The notes: generated by a model from the sequence alone, not told the origin. Numbered from the stretch's first letter, positions 19,577 to 31,814 are shown. The stretch: 46,399 nt of DNA from Cyanophora paradoxa CCMP329 (GCA_004431415.1 QPMI01000110.1:1-46399), one strand, 5' to 3'. Translations and numbers: made by a program.

Positions 19577-20052
19577 CTAAATGACCAGGCCGCGCAGGTA
19601 CCAGACCATCAGGAGCGAGCCGCCCAGCGCCACCAGCAGCGGCAGGTGCCCGTCCACGGCGCGCCGCATGCGGTTGTCGCACAGCTCCTGGCAGCTCAGC
19701 CGGTTGGCCTCGTCGAAGTAGGCGCTCACGGCGTAGGGGCGGCCGGCCGGCGGGTGCAGCCCCGGCCCAGGCACGGGTAGGCCTCCGCCTGGCGCCGCGC
19801 GGCCAGCGCCGCCGTCGCCGCGTGCGCCGCCTCCCTCTGCCCCGGCGCGATCGCCACGAGGGGCAGCGCCCCACGCTCCTGCCCTTGCCCGCCCCTTGAT
19901 CGTTTTCAGCGACGGCGGCGCGGGATCCGCCGCCCTCACCCTGGGCCCCTCCGCCGCCGCCCACCCTTAGCCCTCGCCGCCTCGCCGATCTTGCTGCATC
20001 GCGAATCCGATTTGAACACGGTGCACAGCAGCTTCTCTACCGCGCTCGACAT
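19577..20052 (-). CDS. Membrane-anchored protein with Cys residues (frameshifted)
   Basis: MSSAVEKLLC... start after the motif, C-terminal LPLLVALGGSLLMVWYL. Confidence 0.5.
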
Positions 20053-20146
20053 CTTCGAACGTGTAACGAGAATGAAGAAAATTTAAAAGGGAACGCCAAC
20101 GGACTCGGAACTCGGAAAAGGGGAGGGGAGAATGAACTTTGAAAAG

Positions 20147-20334
20147 TTAGCGCCCGGCGGGGCGCATGCCGGCCGCCGCCTGCGAGGCGCAGCCGGGGGC
20201 GTAGAGGCTCTTGGCGGCGTAGCCAAAGCCCACGCCGATGACCGCCGAGGCCGTGGGGTGCCGCCGAGGAGCCAGGTGAGGGTCGCGGCGAGGGCTCCTA
20301 GCGAGTAGTGGGCAGGATAAGCTTCGAAGGCCAT
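20147..20334 (-). CDS. Small two-helix membrane protein (frameshifted)
   Basis: MAFEAYPAHYSLGALAATLTWLLG...AVIGVGFGYAAK, with upstream TATTTTTTCTC. Confidence 0.45.
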
Positions 20335-20381
20335 CGCGGACCGAATTGAGGGAGGGTTGAGAAAAAATACCGCCTCGGGCC

Positions 20382-21700
20382 TCAGTGGTGCAGGTGCCGG
20401 AAGCGCGCGTTGTCCTCGGCCTCCTCGCGCGCCGCCTGCTCCTCCGCCGCGTCGATCTTTGCCCGCGAGGCCTCGCGCGCCGCCCGCCTTGCGTACGAGG
20501 TGGGCACCGGCGCCCGCCGGTAGCTGTAGCCGAGGCCCTTCGCCAGCTCCACGGTCCCGTCCTCGAACGCCCGCCAGCTCTCCACGGCCTCCGCCGCGCT
20601 CATCCGCTCCGCGCGGAAGCCCGCCTCCAGCTCGGCGCGGAAGGCGGTGGCCTCCTGCAGGCGCTGGGCCCAGAGGCCCTGGCGCCGCGCCTCCGCCTCG
20701 CGCGCCTGGCGCGCCGCCAGCGCCCGCCGCTCGGCCCCCTGCTGGGCCCCGAAGCCCATGATCGCGCTGAGGATGGCGCCGGGGCCGGGGATGAACGCGT
20801 CCGGGTCGGGAGCGGCGGCGAAGGCGGCGGGGACGGGGCTGCGGTCGGCGAGGGAGAAGGGGACGGGGCTGGGGCCGGCGCCGTCGGAGGGGGCCGAGCT
20901 CCCGTAGCCGCTCGGGCCCGCGCCGCCGTTCGCCGGGGTACCCTGCCCTTGGATCAGGAGGGGGGCGAGGGGAGGGGGGGTACAGGGAAGGCGGGGGGTA
21001 CGCGGGGCCGGACCTGGCGCGGCAGCATCTCGTCGATGCGCTGCTGGCCGGCGTGCTGCTGGCCGGCGTGCTGCTGGCCGTGCGAGGAGGAGGGCGGCGG
21101 GGGCGGGACGAAGGCGGGGGCCGAGTTGCGGGTGCGCTTGCCCCTGCCGCGGATCGAGGCCTTGACGGGGAAGGGGCCGTTCTCCGGGTCCGCCGGCTCG
21201 AAGAACTGGATGGCCTGCAGCGCCGGCTGGCTCTCGCCGAGGGAGAGGGGGCCTTGGGGACGATGCCGCGGATGTAGGTCTGCCAGATGCCGCCGGCCCT
21301 GTAGGAGAAGAGGCGGCACCTGGGGCCGAAGGCGGCGATGGTCTCGTCCAGCTCGCCGTTCTCGACGTCGGCGGCGACGGCGGCGGCGGCGTCCGGGCCC
21401 TCCGTGCGCGAGATGTACTCGCAGATGCCCGCCACGCTCGTCATGCCGCCCTCCGTCTCCGAGCCGACGAGGTAGGTGGTGGGGTCGACGACGCAGTGGG
21501 TGATGACGAAGCGGGTGAGGGTGCAGGAGGCCGTCTCCTGCCAGAAGGCGAGGCGCTTCGCCCGCAGCCACACCGGCTCGAAGGACTGGATGCAGGAGGC
21601 CTGGCGGCCACCTGCGGCGCGGGCGACGTTAGCGCGTACGACGTCGGGACGGGCGGGAAGGTGCGCGGCTTCGAATCCAGCGGCTCCCCGCGAAGCTGCC
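20382..21700 (-). CDS. Hypothetical protein: globular N-part, Pro-rich middle, coiled-coil C-terminus (multiple frameshifts, start undefined)
   Basis: Coherent segments in ORFs 20083..21573, 20954..21571 and 20382..20759. Confidence 0.45.
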
Positions 21701-22753
21701 TGCGGCCCAGTGAGCGTGCTGCGAGCGGGAGGTGGGAGGGATTGGGCGGGCGGGCCTGCGTCCAGCGCTGAAACGTAGCTCCACTGATGCTATCCGCGAT
21801 GCGCGTAGCCCGCGACTGGCTGCGGACAAGGGAGGGCTTAGCTAGGACAAGAACGGGTGTGGGGCGCGGGCTGGAGGCGCGGGGAGGCGAGCCGGAGCCG
21901 CCGAATCGATGCGCGGGCTTGAGAACGAGATCTAGAAGCGTGCGCAAGTCGCCGCGAACGTCGGCTCGAGTTGCGGAAGGCGCGGCGGCCAATCTCGGCA
22001 CCTGCTCAGAGACCAAATGTCAGCGGACGCGGGCGAATCGAGCGCGAGGTTGCGGGACATGTTCTAGGTGCTAAATGCAAGGATAGAGCGGCAAGAGAGC
22101 GAGCTGGCACCTGCGGGATGCGGCGGAGTGCTCCGGCTCGGGCGCCATCGAGCTTTCGAAGGTCCGCGGCCGGCGCGAGCGACCCTGCGCGTGGCGGCGT
22201 GAGTGCGGCGTCGAGAGAGCTTTCCAGCGCCCAAAATCTGAGGTCCGGAGCTAGCCGTGGTGCGGAGAAAGAGGTTGCGAAGTGAGGCGCACCTCCGAAT
22301 CGAAAGGAGCGAGGCGGCGGCTCTCCGGGCTGAGCGGAATGCAAGCTAGTGCCTCTGGCAAGTGCTGCAAGGAGCGCTGGGCCCGGGCGCTGCGAGATGC
22401 GCTGCCCGGGCGCTTTTTTTCGGGTTGGGGTACTGTGTTTTGAGTCGAAACACGTGGAGCAACCGCGTGAGCCCAAAACTTTCTGAGCTTAGGAGCAAAG
22501 GCGGTCGAGCGCTCGGCCGCGCAAGCTAGCTCCGGCGCGCTCTGCCTTCTCTCTACACGTGTCGCATTCGCGTGCGCTCAAAACTTTCTAAGCTTCGGTC
22601 AAGCAAGGGGCTAGCGCTTCCGAAGTTCTACGCGCGCGCCTCCCCGTCCGCCGGGCCGACGGTCTGCGCGTCACATCGTCCGCTGCGCCAAGAAGGAGAG
22701 ATCAAGACGGTGTCAACCGGGTCTAGTTGAGCGCTTAAGGTCGGACCAAAGCC

Positions 22754-22803
22754 TGTCCCGACCCTCCCAGATCTTTAAATTAATATCTCAGAAGGTCGAG
22801 ACA
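22754..22803 (+). repeat. 50-bp palindrome with AT-rich centre (duplicate copy)
   Basis: TGTCCCGACCCTCCCAGAT-CTTTAAATTAAT-ATCTCAGAAGGTCGAGACA. Confidence 0.9.
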
Positions 22804-22893
22804 GCAGTCCAGACGTCGACTATAGCTAGCCAACAGACGTCGACTAGCCTAGTAGATCTAGAATTTTCCAAGCCTAGCTATAGAGAGACGACC

Positions 22894-24052
22894 ATGGCAA
22901 CCGGACGCGTGTCTCTCGACGTCGACGCCTTCCTGGCCCGTATGCCCGGGCCCGGGTACAGCAGATAGATCTGAGCGAGCAGGAGTGCAGCTTTTTCGTT
23001 CGATTCCCTCTCGTCGAAGTCCAGAAGGCCTGCAGCCCGACCCTGGGACGGCTTTCTGCGTCTTCCACCCGCCCTGCATCACCCCAGCCACTTCTCGGGT
23101 GCCGAGGATGAGACGAGCACTGCGGCAGCCTGCGCCTTTGCAACCAAGTTCGGAGGCTTCACTTTCTCTCGCCCCTTGGATAATGGATTCAAGGCTGCCT
23201 ACGTCCTACAGAGCCCGGAGGCTTGCGATCTCATGGCATGGTTCTTTGGGAGCTCGAGCGGCCTGGAGCTCGGTGTGGATGGCACCGGGGGCTACGTTCT
23301 GCGGGGGCCGGCGCCCGGGCCGCGAGCGGAGCTCCTCCCCACTCCATCCAGAAGCTCGGCGCCCCGCGCTAAGCCCATCCCGGAGCCGGGCGCTCTCCTG
23401 GATTCGAGCCCAAGCCTGCCGGCCTTGGAGCGGCTCCTGGACCGCCTACGCAAGAACAAGGCGGTGAGGGACGAGATCTGGAAGGCGGGGGCAGAGCTGC
23501 GCGCGGACCTTGGCCTGCACGACGCCCGCCGCGTTCAGCACCTTGGAGTCGAGCCCGACGGGTCCATCACCCTCGTCCTGGGCGGGAGTCAGCCGGGGGC
23601 GCCGGCGGCTCGAATCTCCATCCAGGCGCACGGTATTGAAGTCGAGCTCGAGGGGGAGGGGACCGGAGGGGAGTCGGGCAGCGTGGCACAGACCCGCTAT
23701 GTGACCGATCCCTCGCAGCCTGTCGCCTTCGACATTGCCCTCCCCTCCCTCCTGATCGCGCTCGAGTCGACGGGCCTGGAGGCTTGCGTCAATGCAGTGG
23801 ATGAACGCCACCTCTCGTGCAAGATCCTTACCTCCGCATTCGGGGCGCTGGAGCAGAACCCGAGATCCGCTCAGCCGCAGGTCGACGTCATCTGCTCGGG
23901 ACTCAACACGGGGAAGACGCAGGCGCTGATCGATGCGTACCTGGACCCGGCCCTTGCAGGCGGCTGGCGAGTGATCCTCGTGACTTGCCGCCGGGCCTTC
24001 TCCCGCGACCTCAAGCGTCGCATTGATGCTGCGGAGTTGTCAAAGGACGCCG
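22894..24052 (+). pseudogene. 5'-only duplicate of the helicase gene, truncated after motif Ia
   Basis: Same as 25373 onward up to ELSKDA, then runs into duplicated upstream sequence. Confidence 0.8.
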
Positions 24053-25232
24053 GCTCGAAGGACTGGATGCAGGAGGCCTGGCGGCCACCTGCGGCGCGGG
24101 CGACGTTAGCGCGTACGACGTCGGGACGGGCGGGGAAGGTGCGCGGCTTCGAATCCAGCGGCTCCCCGCGAAGCTGCCTGCGGCCCAGTGAGCGTGCTGC
24201 GAGCGGGAGGTGGGAGGGATTGGGCGGGCGGGCCTGCGTCCAGCGCTGAAACGTAGCTCCACTGATGCTATCCGCGATGCGCGTAGCCCGCGACTGGCTG
24301 CGGACAAGGGAGGGCTTAGCTAGGACAAGAACGGGTGTGGGGCGCGGGGCTGGAGGCGCGGGGAGGCGAGCCGGAGCCGCCGAATCGATGCGCGGGCTTG
24401 AGAACGAGATCTAGAAGCGTGCGCAAGTCGCCGCGAACGTCGGCTCGAGTTGCGGAAGGCGCGGCGGCCAATCTCGGCACCTGCTCAGAGACCAAATGTC
24501 AGCGGACGCGGGCGAATCGAGCGCGAGGTTGCGGGACATGTTCTAGGTGCTAAATGCAAGGGATAGAGCGGCAAGAGAGCGAGCTGGCACCTGCGGGATG
24601 CGGCGGAGTGCTCCGGCTCGGGCGCCATCGAGCTTTCGAAGGTCCGCGGCCGGCGCGAGCGACCCTGCGCGTGGCGGCGTGAGTGCGGCGTCGAGAGAGC
24701 TTTCCAGCGCCCAAAATCTGAGGTCCGGAGCTAGCCGTGGTGCGGAGAAAGAGGTTGCGAAGTGAGGCGCACCTCCGAATCGAAAGGAGCGAGGCGGCGG
24801 CTCTCCGGGCTGAGCGGAATGCAAGCTAGTGCCTCTGGCAAGTGCTGCAAGGAGCGCTGGGCCCGGGCGCTGCGAGATGCGCTGCCCGGGCGCTTTTTTT
24901 CGGGTTGGGGTACTGTGTTTTGAGTCGAAACACGTGGAGCAACCGCGTGAGCCCAAACTTTCTGAGCTTAGGAGCAAAGGCGGTCGAGCGCTCGGCCGCG
25001 CAAGCTAGCTCCGGCGCGCTCTGCCTTCTCTCTACACGTGTCGCATTCGCGTGCGCTCAAAACTTTCTAAGCTTCGGTCAAGCAAGGGGCTAGCGCTTCC
25101 GAAGTTCTACGCGCGCGCCTCCCCGTCCGCCGGGCCGACGGTCTGCGCGTCACATCGTCCGCTGCGCCAAGAAGGAGAGATCAAGACGGTGTCAACCGGG
25201 TCTAGTTGAGCGCTTAAGGTCGGACCAAAGCC

Positions 25233-25282
25233 TGTCCCGACCCTCCCAGATCTTTAAATTAATATCTCAGAAGGTCGAGACA
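25233..25282 (+). repeat. 50-bp palindrome upstream of the helicase gene
   Basis: Same element, 90 bp before the ATG. Confidence 0.9.
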
Positions 25283-25372
25283 GCAGTCCAGACGTCGACT
25301 ATAGCTAGCCAACAGACGTCGACTAGCCTAGTAGATCTAGAATTTTCCAAGCCTAGCTATAGAGAGACGACC

Positions 25373-28300
25373 ATGGCAACCGGACGCGTGTCTCTCGACG
25401 TCGACGCCTTCCTGGCCCGTATGCCCGGGCCCGGGGTACAGCAGATAGATCTGAGCGAGCAGGAGTGCAGCTTTTTCGTTCGATTCCCTCTCGTCGAAGT
25501 CCAGAAGGCCTGCAGCCCGACCCTGGGGACGGCTTTCTGCGTCTTCCACCCGCCCTGCATCACCCCAGCCACTTCTCGGGTGCCGAGGATGAGACGAGCA
25601 CTGCGGCAGCCTGCGCCTTTGCAACCAAGTTCGGAGGCTTCACTTTCTCTCGCCCCTTGGATAATGGATTCAAGGCTGCCTACGTCCTACAGAGCCCGGA
25701 GGCTTGCGATCTCATGGCATGGTTCTTTGGGAGCTCGAGCGGCCTGGAGCTCGGTGTGGATGGCACCGGGGCTACGTTCTGCGGGGGCCGGCGCCCGGGC
25801 CGCGAGCGGAGCTCCTCCCCACTCCATCCAGAAGCTCGGCGCCCCGCGCTAAGCCCATCCCGGAGCCGGGCGCTCTCCTGGATTCGAGCCCAAGCCTGCC
25901 GGCCTTGGAGCGGCTCCTGGACCGCCTACGCAAGAACAAGGCGGTGAGGGACGAGATCTGGAAGGCGGGGGCAGAGCTGCGCGCGGACCTTGGCCTGCAC
26001 GACGCCCGCCGCGTTCAGCACCTTGGAGTCGAGCCCGACGGGTCCATCACCCTCGTCCTGGGCGGGAGTCAGCCGGGGCGCCGGCGGCTCGAATCTCCAT
26101 CCAGGCGCACGGTATTGAAGTCGAGCTCGAGGGGAGGGACCGGAGGGGAGTCGGGCAGCGTGGCACAGACCCGCTATGTGACCGATCCCTCGCAGCCTGT
26201 CGCCTTCGACATTGCCCTCCCCTCCCTCCTGATCGCGCTCGAGTCGACGGGCCTGGAGGCTTGCGTCAATGCAGTGGATGAACGCCACCTCTCGTGCAAG
26301 ATCCTTACCTCCGCATTCGGGCGCTGGAGCAGAACCCGAGATCCGCTCAGCCGCAGGTCGACGTCATCTGCTCGGGACTCAACACGGGGAAGACGCAGGC
26401 GCTGATCGATGCGTACCTGGACCCGGCCCTTGCAGGCGGCTGGCGAGTGATCCTCGTGACTTGCCGCCGGCCTTCTCCCGCGACCTCAAGCGTCGCATTG
26501 ATGCTGCGGAGTTGTCAAAGGACGCCGTGCTTTACATGGACATCAAGAAGCCACCGGAGAGCTCAAAGGGATCGCATGGCAAGTGGGGCTTCCGCCATGA
26601 GGAGTGCAGGTGCGTCGTCATCACATGGGACTCGCTGCACAAGGTGCTCGAGGACTGGGAGGGCTGGTCGACGGCGCCGCTACTGGTCGTGCTGGACGAG
26701 CTCTCCTCCCTCACGAAGCACCTCACCTCGAGCGGCACCCTCGAGCCCACCGGCCTGCACCTAGGTATGCGGTCAGTGCCTCGAAACGCGCGCTGCGTGG
26801 GCCTATGGCGCGGCGTGATGAAGGCATCGCGCATCGTGGCGATGGACGGCTTCGTTCGGTCGGTCGATCTCGCGTACCTGGCAGAGTCGGCGCAGGAGGT
26901 CGGGGCGCGCCTGGGGCTCCTGTACAACTCGCATCGCACCTGCGACTGGAAGATGCGCGTGTCAGACAGCCCGGCGCACGTCGAGGCGGACATCATGGCG
27001 CTGTGCAGACCGGGGCGCTGCCGGGCGATGATCATTGCAGAGACGCCGGCCAAGGCGATCGAGATGCAGGAGAAGATTGCGAAGCAGGCGCTGGAGCAGC
27101 TCAGCCTGGGCGGCGCTCAGTACGTGACTCAGCTCGAGGCAGGGCCCGAGGACGGCAGCGGCGCACCGTTCACGATCGGGCTCATCGTTGGGCAGGCCAA
27201 GGAGAAGAGCGTGCGCTTCACGAACGACGGCCCAGTGCGCATCGTGTCGATCGATGTGTCTGAGGAGGGCGCGTACAAGGCCTGCGACGTGCTCATCGCA
27301 ACTTCCGCGCTCGGGGCAGGCGTGGACTTTTCGGACGCGCACTTTGACAAGGTCTACGGCGTGTTCCAGGCAGAGCCCGCGCAGCTGGAGGCGGACGACA
27401 TCGTGCAGCTGCTGTTTCGAGTCAGAAGGCTGCGCAAACGCAGCACGCCCGACGGAGAGCACCTGCTCGTCGCCGTGCGCAAGAACCGGACGCCCTCGGT
27501 TGCGGTCGGCGCGGCGGCTGCGCACTGGCGTGAGAGCGACGACGACGAGAGCTCGGACGACATGCAGCGCTACCTGGACCTGAAGGCTAGCCACCGCGGG
27601 AGCCGCCGCGCCGGCATGCCCACTCGGCGCCTCGCAGTGGCAGCGCGCCTGCGGCTGATGTCGACCTGCGCGCTGATGAACGTGCAAGTCACGGAGGATC
27701 AAAACCGAGCGGACCGAAGCAGGAGAAGGAGCAGCGGCTGCGCGAGATCAGGAGCGTGCTGGAGGCGGGCGCGCTGGAGCCCGTCGATCTGTGGAGCACG
27801 GTGCTGGCCTGGAGGCAGTCCCGCGAGTCTCTCGCTAAGCTGGACATCGAGAAGGTTGCTTCGCTTGCTCGCACGTCGATCGCCGCGTTCCTGGCCAAGG
27901 ATCCGAGCGAGCTGACCGAAGGAGACGTCGCCTGGATGTGGGATTCGTTCTACTCCATCCCGCTCACTGCCGTGGTCACGCTGGTGCTGAAGCATGGCGC
28001 GGACGTTGCCGAGATCGTGCCTACTGCTGAGCGCCTCAAGGTATCGAAGGTCGTCGCGCTGTTCAAGAAACTCTTCGGCTGGCGGGGTATGGAAAGCTCG
28101 CGGGGCGTGCTCTGTGGTCGGACGAAGCCTACGCGGCCCTGGCGTCGCCGGAGGGTCGGGAGGCGTACGCGGCTCTGCAGAGTCTGGACGAGCGCGCGCC
28201 CCGCTTCGATGCAGCGGACGGTGAGAAGAAGCGGCTCTCGCAGCAGTCTTGGCAAGTCATCAAGTACCTGCTGGAGAAGTACCTCGGAGTGAGACGCGCT

Positions 28301-28540
28301 TTCTCCGACGCGGACGGAGGGCAAATGGGCAGCCGAAAGCGACGCTACATCACGTGGGAGGAAGACATGCTCGACGACGCAGTAGAGCGCCAGGCTAAGC
28401 AGGCAAGGGCAGGCATGGCGCCAAGCTTCCCAGAGGTTTACAACGTTTCTCCGACTGCTATGCTCTCATTCACAGGCGCGTGTGATTGTCGGATGTCACA
28501 GTGTGGACTTCGCGAACGGGATGCGCGTGCCAGTGTGTAA
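25373..28540 (+). CDS. UL9/origin-binding-protein-like SF2 helicase with long N-terminal domain (several frameshifts)
   Basis: SGLNTGKT (I), VILVTCRRAFS (Ia), VVITWDSLHK (Ib), VVLDEL (II), IVAMDG (III), VLIATSALGAGVDF..HFDKVY (V) and QLLFRVR (VI), a pattern typical of UL9-like helicases. Confidence 0.8.
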
Positions 28541-28586
28541 ATACGAACGTGCGAATTCAAGTGACGTCATGCATATGATCAATGAA

Positions 28587-28636
28587 TGTCTCGACCTTTT
28601 GAGATATTAATTTAAAGATCTGGGAGGGTCGGGACA
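28587..28636 (-). repeat. 50-bp palindrome downstream of the helicase gene, inverted orientation
   Basis: Reverse complement matches 25233-25282 with one mismatch. Confidence 0.9.
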
Positions 28637-28920
28637 TTGCGAGGGCGGACGAGAGTGAGGGCATGCACTCTCTATGTGTCCCGACCTTTTCTGAACAACT
28701 CATGATTGCCGTATCATCGATCTGCATTTACTCACTTCGTTCTCTGTCGCTTGCACATGCGCGGTGTGGGATTACTAATTAGATCTAGTCTCCCTAGCCC
28801 TCTGCGGCCGCCTTCCTGCCCCCCTGCAAAGAGCAGCTCAACCAAATCCTGTGGGGTCTGATTCATTGCAGACTCGCCTTCCCCGCCTGGGCCTGAGCTA
28901 CACCAAGCTACGGTGAGTCC

Positions 28921-29268
28921 GACCAAGAGACGTGTCCGGACCCTCCCTACTTTCTTTATAGATTATTGGAAAGGTCCGGACACTAGAGGAGGGAGGGCGT
29001 ACATAAGTAGTCTGACCAAGAGACGTGTCCCGACCCTCCCAGATCTTTAAATTAATATCTGAGAGGGTCGAGACACTAGAGGAGGGCGTACATAAGTAGT
29101 CTGACCAAGAGACGTGTCCCGACCCTCCAGATCTTTAAATTAATATCTGAGAGGGTCGAGACACTAGAGGAGGGCGTACATAAGTAGTCTGACCAAGAGA
29201 CGTGTCCCGACCCTCCCAGATCTTTAAATTAATATCTGAGAGGGTCGGGACACTAGAGGAGGGCGTAC
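28921..29268 (+). repeat. Tandem array of four ~89-bp units, each carrying the 50-bp palindrome
   Basis: Palindromes at 28933-28982 (divergent), 29026-29075, 29115-29163 and 29203-29252, with near-identical spacers. Confidence 0.93.
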
Positions 29269-29887
29269 GACTTAAACTCGCGCAGCGCCGCCTGCTCCTC
29301 GCTGAGGTTCTCTGACTTCATTCGATCGCTGTAGGGCTCGGGCGGAGTTCCAGCCTTCACGTGCATCCAAAATAGATGTAAGCACCGCCGCATGAGCTCG
29401 ATGTACCTCTCGTCCCGTCTGACGTACCACGTTTGCACGCGCAGAGGCGTGAAACAGAAAAGTTCGGCCCAGTCGCGGCCCGTTATGTCCAGCAGGCCCT
29501 GAAGTTGAGTCATGTAATAGGTAGGAACGCTATCGTAAAGTTCGCCCTTGTAAGGGCATTTCACCTCTAAAATCCTATCATTTCCTATCAGTCCGTCGGG
29601 GCTCCCGGCGAGGAACGGCATTTCTTTGTGTTCGTGCAGTCCAGTGTGTTGAATGTCCACGTTATCGTTCAGTGCCTTGTAGATAGAGACCGCGAGGGGC
29701 TCGTAGTCGTGCCCGTAGGTTAGGGCAGGGTTGTCAAAGTTGTTTTCCTCCGCGATCCGCTCAGCTCCGCCCAGAGGCGGGCCCTGGATTTCCACGGGTT
29801 GATGCCGCACGCGGCGGCAAAGTTCGAGGCGGTTAGCTTTTCGCGGCGCGCAGCGTGCCACGCCGCGCTCCCCTGTTGTAGGTCCAT
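29253..29887 (-). CDS. YqaJ/lambda-type PD-(D/E)XK exonuclease (one frameshift)
   Basis: QGSAAWHAARREKLTASNF, YGHDYEPLA, FLAGSPDGL, LEVKCPY and YYMTQLQGLLDI. Confidence 0.93.
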
Positions 29888-29939
29888 AGCTCGTAGCCTC
29901 GCAGTAGCGTTTAGAATTTCTCGTTGTGTGCAATTGCAA

Positions 29940-30625
29940 ATGTCGGATGACGAAGATTCGAGCCCGGTCCCGCAGATGGACGAAGATTCGAGCCCCGAAG
30001 AGTTCCTGACTCGCGTTAGGGGCCTGGCCCATTGGATACGAGATAAGTTCAAGGAGGGGATGCGAAATCGGATAGGAACGTCGTCCTTTCCGCTGAGGGG
30101 GCTAGCCCCTGTTGCAGCCCAGGGGCTGCGGGATACCGTGAGGCTCGCCCCCCATCCTATGATCGGAACTGGGACTTCAGCAGTGTGCTTACGTCCCTGT
30201 ACGTGGCGCTGATGTCGCCTAGAAGCCGCGTGGCCCGTCTGCCGAACGAGGCCAGATTGAAGATCATGAACTTCTTACTCGCAGGTAGAGACGGGCGCGA
30301 AGGCGATGTGATCAATGGGCTTCGAAATGAGATACAGTGGTACATGCGTACAGGCGAAGGCGGTGTCCGACAGTACGACGGCTCACGGTACACAGAGCTC
30401 GAGATTCCACGCGAGCTCGTACCCCGGAGCTGGCAAGAGCTTCCGCCCGCCCCACCCCCGCCCCCCGCCTACGTATCCCCCTTTGACTCGAGGCCCCCCA
30501 TCAACGAGCGCAAGCGACTGCGCGACTGGCTGCAGGACGATCGAAACCGTCTGCCGGTGAGGCAAAGGTCGGCACTATACCCCCAGAGGAGGAGGCGTAC
30601 CCCGTTTTCGAGAACAATCGCCTGA
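29940..30625 (+). CDS. Hypothetical protein, paralogue family member 1 (F-box-like LP motif), frameshifted
   Basis: EEFLTRVRGLAHWIRDKF and SRVARLPNEARLKIMNFL. Confidence 0.6.
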
Positions 30626-30680
30626 CGTGGAGGTGGACGTGATAGGGGGTACGGGTAGATATTCTCAGCGAGCCGCGAGC

Positions 30681-31432
30681 ATGGCGCGGACACGCGAGTC
30701 CGACGTGCTGTACAACAACGGCCCCATCATCGTGAGATCCTACAGCGGACCGTGGACTTGGACGACGCACAATCCGATCTGCACCGGCGGCGATGGGCGA
30801 TGGGCCCCGATTCGGGGAGCGGATCGCCCGGGGAGAACTTTATGGAACGCGTGCTGTACCTCGTGCGCTGGATACGAGATAAGTTTAACGACGATCAAGA
30901 GTTTCCAGATCAAAACACCATCGGCGCAGCACGTTTCATGGGTATGACGATCAATCCACGCAATCATGGCAGGCGAGAACGCAGGGATCTGAACGGCGAT
31001 TGGGCGGACCTACAAGCACTGTGGATGGCCTTTGCGAACCGCAAGAGCCAGATCCTCGCTCTGCCCGCGCGGGTGCAGGAGCGTATCATTGACTTTGTGG
31101 CACCGTGGCGCTTCGAGAGCCTTGACCCGCAGACTGTGCAGCCCCGCTTCCTCAGACGACTGCGAAACGCCTTCTACCACCTGGCGCTGAGCGACGGCCA
31201 GTACTTCACGCCTCAGAGAATCGATCACGGTGAATTCGGTATACCCCCCGAGTGGGCAAACTTTGGCATGGTACCCCCGCCGCGGCCCCTCCTCTACGGC
31301 CCCCCCTCCCCCTCACCTGAGCAGCGTGAGTCACTCAAGCGTCAGAGGGAGGTACGCGAATGGATGGACGACACCAGTCACTGGGTACAGGGCGAGGCCG
31401 AGTTACGCAAGTTCGCTAGGCTCGGGCAGTAA
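30681..31432 (+). CDS. Hypothetical protein, paralogue family member 2, frameshifted
   Basis: ENFMERVLYLVRWIRDKF and SQILALPARVQERIIDFV. Confidence 0.6.
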
Positions 31433-31544
31433 CCGCAGGGGGTACAGCATTCAGTTAGAGTCCGAGCCTAGTTAGAGGCCGGGAGGCCCCCGGGGGGTAC
31501 ATTGGACGTGTTAGTCCCCCTGCCTCCCCGAATGCAATATAACA

Positions 31545-31814
31545 ATGCAACCTCCGCAACGCGTGACTCATCAACCTCCGAGGGTTAACAATGCATTGAC
31601 AGCGAAGGGGCAAGCTCGAGAGCTCGACCCTTGGCAAGAGCCCACCTATATACGCTTCAACTCTGTGCCGTTGCGCAACCCGGAACCGACTGCCATTTAT
31701 ATAGAACTGGATGGCCGGCCCCGGTCCCGGACGCACCGACGTGTTCTGGGTCTAGATGCTGGCCATCCCGTGAACAGGGTGCAACCTGCACGTCAGCACC
31801 GGCGCGAATCGTGA
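31545..31814 (+). CDS. Small hypothetical protein
   Basis: ATG ORF after an AT-rich leader. Confidence 0.4.
   Translation: MQPPQRVTHQPPRVNNALTAKGQARELDPWQEPTYIRFNSVPLRNPEPTAIYIELDGRPRSRTHRRVLGLDAGHPVNRVQPARQHRRES

Larger units (their letters stand above)
21573..26527 (+). repeat. Tandem duplication, ~2.48-kb unit (21573-24049 / 24050-26527)
   Basis: Near-identical copies differing mainly by 1-nt indels in homopolymer runs, with CCG microhomology at the junction. Confidence 0.95.

Noticed and set aside
21790-22740. Protein-coding ORFs in the duplicated upstream region
   Set aside because: Low-complexity Arg/Ala/Ser translations in all frames with no motif support, so no gene could be defended.
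25233-28636. DNA transposon with 50-bp TIRs
   Set aside because: No TSD (GCC vs TTG flanks), no transposase, and the same element recurs outside the interval.
28921-29268. CRISPR-like array (palindromic repeats with spacers)
   Set aside because: The spacers are essentially identical and no cas genes are present, so it is a tandem repeat.
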